Below, piece after piece: positions 57,518 through 64,000 of a stretch of 64,000 bases of DNA. The notes under the pieces were generated by a model, which ran no database searches, was not told the DNA's origin, and saw only the letters and a list, made by a program, of their open reading frames with translations. The translations under genes were made by a program, and so were the position numbers. Each line of letters opens with the position of its first letter. The first letter of the stretch is position 1. The DNA comes from Desulfosudaceae bacterium (GTDB lineage Bacteria; Desulfobacterota; Desulfobacteria; Desulfobacterales; Desulfosudaceae), in assembly GCA_963674745.2 (NCBI GenBank), contig CAXXDV010000001.1:2496001-2560000 (forward strand). The letters are read 5' to 3'.

Positions 57518-59452
57518 ATGAAAAAGATGAAAAATATTTTACTGGTAAACCCGAAGTATCGACTGGAAATTCGATGGATTTCCAGCAAGAAGGAAATTGA
57601 TGTAAAAGCGGATTATTTTCCGTTGGGTTTGGGCACTGTCGCGGCACTGACGCCTGAAGGCTGTCATGTGGACATATGGGATGAACTCGTCCGCGGGGAG
57701 GTCGAAAAAGCTGACCTTGACAAAAAGTACGATCTGGTCGGTGTCACCAGTCACAGCGCCAACCTCGGGCGGGCCAATGAAATAGGCGCCTATTTTAAAC
57801 AAAAGGGGATTCTTACGGCGATTGGCGGTCCCGGCGTTACATCAAACTCGCACCGATGCCGCAAGGGGTTTGATATCCTTTTTATAGGGGAAGCCGAACT
57901 GACCTGGCCCAGATTTGTAAGAGAGTGGCAGAGCGGCAGCTATAAACCCGAATACCGTCAGATTGACAAACCGGATATTTTGTCAAGTCCCGCGCCTGAC
58001 TGGCGAAGCATCGAATCTGATGTGGATAAATATGCCATGGGAACCGTCCAGACAACCAGGGGGTGCCCTATCGATTGCGAGTTCTGTGACGTCATCTATC
58101 TGCATGGCCGCCGGCAGCGCTATAAATCCATTGACCAGATATTGAAAGAAGTCCGGGCACTCGAGCAGCTGGGGGTAGAAAGCATCTCTTTTAACGATGA
58201 TAATTTTACGATCGCGCACAAAAGGGCTAAAGATGTATTGCGGGCATTAATCACCTTGAACAACTCTTTTTCAAAACCGTTGCGGTTCATGACCCAGTTG
58301 GGCATTGACATCAGCCGGGATGAAGAAATGCTGGAGCTGCTGGCAGACGTCAATATGTATGAAGTGCTGATAGGCATTGAATCCCCGAATAAAGATTCTT
58401 TAAGAGAGGCCGGTAAATTTAACAATTTGAAAGGAGACCTGGTCGCCGAAGTGCGCAAGGTGCTTTCCTATGGCATTGCCGTGCGGGGCGCCATGATTAT
58501 CGGCTTTGATCATGATGACCAGGATATCTTTGAGCAGCAGTATCAATTTATCCAGGAGACCTGCCTGCCTTCTATCTCCATGCACATGCTTAATGCGCCG
58601 GTGGGCACCAGGCTGTGGCGCAGACTCCATGCGGAAGGGCGGGTGATAGACGCTTTTGCCATAGCGGACAAATCCACCCAGCGGCTGTTTAACAACATTA
58701 TCCCAAAGCGCATGAGCAGAGTGGAGCTGATGGAGGGATTTGCGGATTTGTACGAAAAGCTTTTTAGCTGGGAAAGTTTTAAGGAACGCATGTTCGGATT
58801 CGTTTCGCTGGTAAACCGCCCGCCCAAAATCCTGAGGGAAGAAGAGTCATTGCAGGAGCTGCTGGCCCTTGGGCCGGACATGAACCTTGACAAGGAATCC
58901 TGTGGCGCCCTGGCTGAAATTTTCGAGTTCACTGATAAAACGGCGCCATTCTTGCTGGGGCGGGTCAGGGAACTGGCCATCCAGTTTGTCCGGTACCGTC
59001 ACTCCGCGTATGACTTTATTCCGGGCTTGAGGCAGCAGATAGAGCTGGAATCTTCGGGTAAACTGCAGATCAAACTCGACGACAGGCCGATTCCGATACC
59101 GGATGGTTTCAGGCAGGAATTTGATGCCATATTTCCGTCTGTACAGCAGCGGGCGGTCCGGAATCTGATTGATAAAAGTAAGGTTCCCGAAGTGCTGGTC
59201 GATGTTTTTGTGGACTTTCTTATCCATGAAGAGGGCTTCAGTAAACTGGAGGATTATCATATCACTTACCTGAACGAAATCGTCGACAGTGCCTGTACCA
59301 GGGTGAACGGACAGGCGCCGGCAGGCGCCGTACCGGCGGAGACCGCGGATAACGGGGGCGGGGATGAAAACAGTAAGCGCCTGAAGGATGATGTTCTGAT
59401 CGGCGTGGAGCACGAACTTATGAAAATGCAGCTCGCGCAGCAGGCGGTTTGA
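57518..59452 (+). CDS. B12-binding-domain radical SAM protein
   Basis: N-terminal PLGLGTVAALTP...GGP...GEAE; RGCPIDCEFC (CxxxCxxC); motifs DDNF, GIES and IIGFDHD. Confidence 0.9.
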   Translation: MKKMKNILLVNPKYRLEIRWISSKKEIDVKADYFPLGLGTVAALTPEGCHVDIWDELVRGEVEKADLDKKYDLVGVTSHSANLGRANEIGAYFKQKGILTAIGGPGVTSNSHRCRKGFDILFIGEAELTWPRFVREWQSGSYKPEYRQIDKPDILSSPAPDWRSIESDVDKYAMGTVQTTRGCPIDCEFCDVIYLHGRRQRYKSIDQILKEVRALEQLGVESISFNDDNFTIAHKRAKDVLRALITLNNSFSKPLRFMTQLGIDISRDEEMLELLADVNMYEVLIGIESPNKDSLREAGKFNNLKGDLVAEVRKVLSYGIAVRGAMIIGFDHDDQDIFEQQYQFIQETCLPSISMHMLNAPVGTRLWRRLHAEGRVIDAFAIADKSTQRLFNNIIPKRMSRVELMEGFADLYEKLFSWESFKERMFGFVSLVNRPPKILREEESLQELLALGPDMNLDKESCGALAEIFEFTDKTAPFLLGRVRELAIQFVRYRHSAYDFIPGLRQQIELESSGKLQIKLDDRPIPIPDGFRQEFDAIFPSVQQRAVRNLIDKSKVPEVLVDVFVDFLIHEEGFSKLEDYHITYLNEIVDSACTRVNGQAPAGAVPAETADNGGGDENSKRLKDDVLIGVEHELMKMQLAQQAV

Positions 59453-59515
59453 GACGTCGAATAGGCATCCGCTGAAAAAGGGCGAAAGACAAAAATGATT
59501 TCTTGAGAGAATAAA

Positions 59516-60931
59516 ATGGAAGATTTTGTCCCTCAGCTTGAAGGACTGGGCCTTAGCCCGCAGTCACAATTGTTGGTGGCCTATACGCATTTTATGAACG
59601 GGGATGGGGCTCAGGCGATCCAGCGATGTAAAAACGCCCTGAAGATGAACCCTAAATACACCGACGCCCACCTGCTGCTGGCCAAGGTATACGCCGGTCT
59701 TGGAAACAGCGACGAGGCGATGGCGGCGTGCAGGGATGCCCTGGCCGTCGATCCGGATCTGGCCAAAGGTTTCCTGATGCTGGGATCAATTTATCAGGAC
59801 CAGGGTTCGTATCCTGAAGGGATCGCCGCCTGCCGGAAATCGCTGAAAATCGATCCGGATGATCCGACAGGTCATTTTCTGCTTGGCGAGATGTATGCCC
59901 TGCAGGAACAGTTTGAGGATGCCGTGCGTGCCTTCCAAAAGGCCCTGAAATTAAATCCGCAGCTTGAGCTGGCGTATTATAAACTTGCCGCCGCATACCA
60001 GGCGCAGGGGATGACTGCTGAAGCCCTGCAAGAGGTGAGAAAAGCGTTAGAGCTGAATCCCATTGTGGCCCGCACGAGAATCCTTTTAGGTGACATTTAT
60101 TTTGCCCAAAAAGAGTACGAAAAGGCCCTTTCCGAATATCAGGAGGCCCTTACAAACAATCCGCAACTGGCCGAAGCACATCAAAAAGCAGGTGAAGCCT
60201 ATTTCAAGCTGGAGAAGACCCACCAGGCTATTTTGGAGTATCGGATTTCATTGCTCATTAACGCAAAATCGGTTGAGGCCCATGTCGGGCTTGCCCATAT
60301 TTATTTTACGACCGGCCGGTATGGCGTGGCGGTTTCCGAATATAAGGCGGCCTTGCATTTGAATCCACATTTATTGTCGGCTCGTGCCGGGCTTGCCGAT
60401 GCCCATGTCATGAATGAACAGTATGCGGAGGCGGTCGATCAATATCGCGCCGCCCTTGAACTGGCAGAGGTTAAATGTGAATCCGGCGATCAATGCCTGG
60501 AAAATGAGCAATATAATGAGGCGATTGCTTTATACCGGTCAACACTGGGCCTGGATGAGGCGCTGCATCCCGTTCATGACAAAATCAAGACAAGCAGTTC
60601 ATGGCATCCTCTGGTAAGCAGGAGGAAGCATGAACGGATCCCGATGAGAGTCCCTGCGGAGATCCGGACGAAGGATGGTGTTCCTTACAGTGTCGAGAGC
60701 GTTGATGTTTCTAAGCAGGGTATTTTAATTGAAAGCAGCAAGCCCATACAGGTCGGTTCTGAAGTAGAGGTTTTGCTTTTGCCTGAAGGCGAAAAAGATG
60801 CGATCCCCCTTGTCGGCCGGGTTGTCAGGGTCGCAAACCCGGATCGTCCTGACAAGCAGTTCGGGATTGAGCTGGCACCCGATGCCGATGATGCGTGGGG
60901 TGCTATTTTAGGTGAGGACTGTATCATGTAA
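59516..60931 (+). CDS. TPR-repeat protein with C-terminal PilZ domain
   Basis: About nine 34-aa TPR-like repeats, then RKHER (RxxxR) and DVSKQG. Confidence 0.88.
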   Translation: MEDFVPQLEGLGLSPQSQLLVAYTHFMNGDGAQAIQRCKNALKMNPKYTDAHLLLAKVYAGLGNSDEAMAACRDALAVDPDLAKGFLMLGSIYQDQGSYPEGIAACRKSLKIDPDDPTGHFLLGEMYALQEQFEDAVRAFQKALKLNPQLELAYYKLAAAYQAQGMTAEALQEVRKALELNPIVARTRILLGDIYFAQKEYEKALSEYQEALTNNPQLAEAHQKAGEAYFKLEKTHQAILEYRISLLINAKSVEAHVGLAHIYFTTGRYGVAVSEYKAALHLNPHLLSARAGLADAHVMNEQYAEAVDQYRAALELAEVKCESGDQCLENEQYNEAIALYRSTLGLDEALHPVHDKIKTSSSWHPLVSRRKHERIPMRVPAEIRTKDGVPYSVESVDVSKQGILIESSKPIQVGSEVEVLLLPEGEKDAIPLVGRVVRVANPDRPDKQFGIELAPDADDAWGAILGEDCIM

Positions 60932-61018
60932 GGCCGCAAAGAAAAAACCAGTGCCGCCCAGGCGGCGGGCTGCATTGCGCTGCATTCGTCAGAATCTGCG
61001 CGTCTTGGTGTCGAACTT

Positions 61019-63364
61019 TTGGCTTTGCCGTCGAAAATACAATTTTCTGAAGTAAAGACGGGTTACGGATTGCAAAAAATACTTCCAAAATATTGTGCAG
61101 ATGTGGAAATTGTGCCGAGATTGGGCAAAGAGGGCGTATTCCGTTATCTTGTCGTTGCCCCGGCTTCTGATGAAGTATATGAGATTGGCGAAAAAGAATA
61201 CTTTATCTTCAAGCAGTTCAATGGAGAAACAGCGCTTGAAACGATACCGGAACGGTTTTTTAACCACTTTAATATCCCATTGAATAAGGATTATCTGGAA
61301 TCTTTTGTTATTCATTTAACATCATTGGGATTGCTGGAATCAGATGCGTCCACAATTGAAGAACATGCCGCTCAAGATGATGACATTAACGGCATTAAGA
61401 TATTTGATCCTGACCGGTTGTTGACCTTTTTGTCGCAGATTTGCTGGTGGTGCTTTACACCTTTTTTTCTGATGTTCACCGGTATTACTTTATTTGTGGC
61501 AATGGGCGTTTTATTTAAATACGGCGGTGACTTGATTTTTGAGGTTCAAATTCTCTGGGAACCGGGTTTTTTCTTCTTTTTCCCTTTATTGGGTATTTTT
61601 GTTATCCAGGTGGCATGTGAGATGGTAAAAGGTATGACCTGTAAATATTACGGGGGGCATGTCCATGAATTCGGCGTATGGTTTGTTTTTAAAATAATTC
61701 CCTTTTTCTATTGCGACCTGACCGATGCCCTGTGGATGGAAAATCAATCCAACCGCAAAAAGATTCTGTCCGCCGGGATTGTTTTCCACTTGTTGCTCTG
61801 GTCCATGGGTATCATCGGCTGGTATGACACACACACCGGATCAAAAATAAACTTGTTTTTTATAATCTTTATCTGTGTTTCTACACTTTATTTGTTTTAT
61901 TCCGTTAATCCGTTTTTTCAACGGGACGGTTATACGCTTTTGAGTGTTTGGCTTAAAACGCCGGATTTGAGAAGCCGGGCGATCAATTTCTGGAAGCACT
62001 GGTTTTTTAAAAAACCGCTGCCTGAACCACTGACAAAAAAACAAGTGCGCAGGTTTAAAGTTTATGGGTTGTCATTGTTTGGATTTCATTTTGTCTTCTG
62101 GTCGGCGCTGTTGGGGTTCATTGGATACCTTCTTGTAGACCTTTTAAATGGAATCGGCGCGATCTTATTTTCAATAATCCTGTTTTTCAGGTTTAACAAT
62201 TATTTGAAGAGGATACCCATGGAATTATTCAATTTTAAAAGGGTTTTATTAAATGAGAACGGCATGGCCAGCCTGCCGGTCAGACGGTTTATTAAATTTG
62301 GCATACCAATACTCATTATTCTGGTTATGCTGATACCCTACCCGTTTTCTGTCGGCGGCGATTTCCGTATCGTGCCTGAAAATCAGCTGGGCATTCGTGC
62401 GCAGGTGGCCGGGGAAATCGGGGAAGTCTTTGTCACGGAAGGGGAATTTGTAGAAGAGGGGCAACCTGTTGCCGTTATGGTCGGACGGGAGCAACGGAAA
62501 ACAGTCGATGAAGTCCAGGCCTCTCTGGACGAGGTGCATGCCAGGCTGGAACTTCTCCGGCAAGGCGCCAAAACCGAAGAGATCCAGCGGGCTGAACAGG
62601 AAGTGGCGACCGCGGCAAAAAGTTTAGAGTACAGCAGCCTTCAAGCCGATAGAAGTGAAGGTATGTTTAAAAACAAGGCGATTTCAGAGCAGGATTATGA
62701 GAACGCTTTAAAGCAGCGTGATCTGGATAAAGAAAAGCTTGAACTGGCCAAAAAGAACCTCGAGCTTGTTAAAAGCGGTGCCCGTGATGAAGCGATCAAG
62801 GCCCTTGAAGCAGAAGAAAGACGCCTGCAAGTCCTTTTTGAGAACGCAAATGAAGATTTGAAGCAAACAACAATGCTCAGTCCTGCTGACGGCAGAATCA
62901 TCACCCCTTTTGTCTCCCAGACCGTGGGGCAATACCTGCAGGTTGGTGACCTGCTCGCTGTGGTTGAACAACCGGGTAATATTATAGCCGAAATACAGTT
63001 GTCCGAAGAAGATGTTGGAGAAGTTGATGTGGGCGCAGAGACCAGGTTAAAGACCTGGGCTTTTCCTCATAATGTGTATTCAGGAAAAGTGCTGGCCATT
63101 GCACCGGTCGCGTTTGAAAAAAGTAAGGGCCGAATCGATCGTGCATTATCTGAAAGAGAATGGCGTGTTGAACAAAAAGAACTGATTCGAAAAAAGGGAA
63201 AGGTTGTAAGGATTATTTCAAGTATGGAAGATCCCGATGGCCTCTTAAAAACAGATATGACCGGATACGGCAAAATCAGATGTGGCTGGCGGCCGGTGGG
63301 GATTGCTTTTACGCGATGGCTGAACCGGTTTATCTTTGTAGAGGTATGGTCATGGCTGCCATAA
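61019..63364 (+). CDS. Fusion: PqqD-like N-terminus, degenerate M50/site-2-protease-like membrane domain, HlyD-family adaptor
   Basis: N-terminal YEIGEKEYFIFKQFNG...LTSLGLL; multi-TM region with GGHVHEFG and NPFFQRDGY; lipoyl-like halves (GEIGEVFVTEGEFVEEGQ; SPADGRI) flanking a coiled coil. The TTG start is uncertain. Confidence 0.8.
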   Translation: MALPSKIQFSEVKTGYGLQKILPKYCADVEIVPRLGKEGVFRYLVVAPASDEVYEIGEKEYFIFKQFNGETALETIPERFFNHFNIPLNKDYLESFVIHLTSLGLLESDASTIEEHAAQDDDINGIKIFDPDRLLTFLSQICWWCFTPFFLMFTGITLFVAMGVLFKYGGDLIFEVQILWEPGFFFFFPLLGIFVIQVACEMVKGMTCKYYGGHVHEFGVWFVFKIIPFFYCDLTDALWMENQSNRKKILSAGIVFHLLLWSMGIIGWYDTHTGSKINLFFIIFICVSTLYLFYSVNPFFQRDGYTLLSVWLKTPDLRSRAINFWKHWFFKKPLPEPLTKKQVRRFKVYGLSLFGFHFVFWSALLGFIGYLLVDLLNGIGAILFSIILFFRFNNYLKRIPMELFNFKRVLLNENGMASLPVRRFIKFGIPILIILVMLIPYPFSVGGDFRIVPENQLGIRAQVAGEIGEVFVTEGEFVEEGQPVAVMVGREQRKTVDEVQASLDEVHARLELLRQGAKTEEIQRAEQEVATAAKSLEYSSLQADRSEGMFKNKAISEQDYENALKQRDLDKEKLELAKKNLELVKSGARDEAIKALEAEERRLQVLFENANEDLKQTTMLSPADGRIITPFVSQTVGQYLQVGDLLAVVEQPGNIIAEIQLSEEDVGEVDVGAETRLKTWAFPHNVYSGKVLAIAPVAFEKSKGRIDRALSEREWRVEQKELIRKKGKVVRIISSMEDPDGLLKTDMTGYGKIRCGWRPVGIAFTRWLNRFIFVEVWSWLP

Positions 63365-63373
63365 GGAGGTCTG

Positions 63374-64000
63374 ATGAGAATCGCAAAAACAAATAAAAGA
63401 TATCGCATCATCAGTTTGGTCCAGGCAATTTTAGTGCTCATTATGTTGCCGTCTTTTGCCTTTTCCGGACCGTCTCCGCAACTTGTTACGCTGGACGATG
63501 CCTTTGCTCGTGCCATAACCATTGATGAGCGGATCAAAATAGCCGAAAGAGAAATTACGAAAAGCCATATTCTTTCTGACAAAGCGGCAACTTATTTCTG
63601 GCCGAGCATGTCTGCATATGGCGGGTATTTCGAGGCGAATGAAGAGGTCAGAATCGGATCTTATACCGCAACCTCGGCCACCGGCCTTGGACCTTTTGAT
63701 GTCGCTCCGGTTGACAGAAATGTGATCACGCCCAAGGGCGAATGGCGGGGAAAATTCGAGTTTTTGCAGCCGCTTTACAGAGGGGTGTACTTCCCATTAA
63801 AAGACCAGGCAGAGAGAATTATCGAAAGAAGCACGGAAACGTTCTATCAGACTGTGCAGGATACGCTGCTCGAGGTCGAGCGGGTTTACTTCGAAATTTT
63901 AAAAATCAAGGAACTGGTGCTAAACGCCGAAGAGATTTGCAAACTGGCTCAAGAGGAGCTGGACATTGCAAAAGTTAAATTCGAGGCCGGCCAGGCGACG
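63374..64000 (+). CDS. TolC-family outer-membrane protein, 5' part (runs off the window; absent from the ORF track)
   Basis: AAGGAGG RBS. The frame MRIAKT...signal peptide...VTLDDAFARA...FLQPLYRG...VERVYFEILK...KFEAGQAT stays open to base 64000. Confidence 0.85.
   Translation, partial: MRIAKTNKRYRIISLVQAILVLIMLPSFAFSGPSPQLVTLDDAFARAITIDERIKIAEREITKSHILSDKAATYFWPSMSAYGGYFEANEEVRIGSYTATSATGLGPFDVAPVDRNVITPKGEWRGKFEFLQPLYRGVYFPLKDQAERIIERSTETFYQTVQDTLLEVERVYFEILKIKELVLNAEEICKLAQEELDIAKVKFEAGQAT

Overview
The gene content points to a sulfate-reducing Desulfobacterota bacterium, probably Desulfobacterales-like (inferred from DsrC, Hdr-Flx, AhbA and a metal-binding adenylate kinase). The window has five parts. 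(1) 1-5.3 kb: the 3' part of an hdrA-flxDCBA energy-metabolism cluster followed by dsrC. flxD/mvhD reads through an in-frame TGA (selenocysteine, with a SECIS-like hairpin) and is bracketed by two inverted copies of a ~124-bp palindromic element. (2) 7.8-16.6 kb: an accessory region between truA and tRNA-Arg(CCG). It holds a three-gene secreted cassette (two paralogous phage-fibre-like proteins flanking a thrombospondin-3-repeat, anchor-like protein) plus miscellaneous genes. (3) 16.8-34.3 kb: housekeeping genes (folC, rpsU, adk, rho, rpmE, prfA, prmC, rpsB, tsf, pyrH, frr, uppS, cdsA, dxr, rseP, purL, purQ). (4) 34.3-37 kb: small accessory genes and remnants. (5) 37.3 kb to the window end: a co-oriented biosynthetic and export cluster of at least 26 kb. 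It encodes two Pfa/Hgl-like iterative type I PKSs (one with a fused PPTase), a free ACP, a phosphodiesterase-superfamily enzyme, a hydrolase-PilZ, an exported esterase, a CoA-transferase pair, a propeller-methyltransferase fusion, a B12 radical SAM enzyme, a TPR-PilZ, a degenerate M50-peptidase/HlyD fusion and TolC. The PKS cluster and the fibre cassette are the best candidates for undescribed systems. All calls come from motif recognition by eye; no database searches were run.
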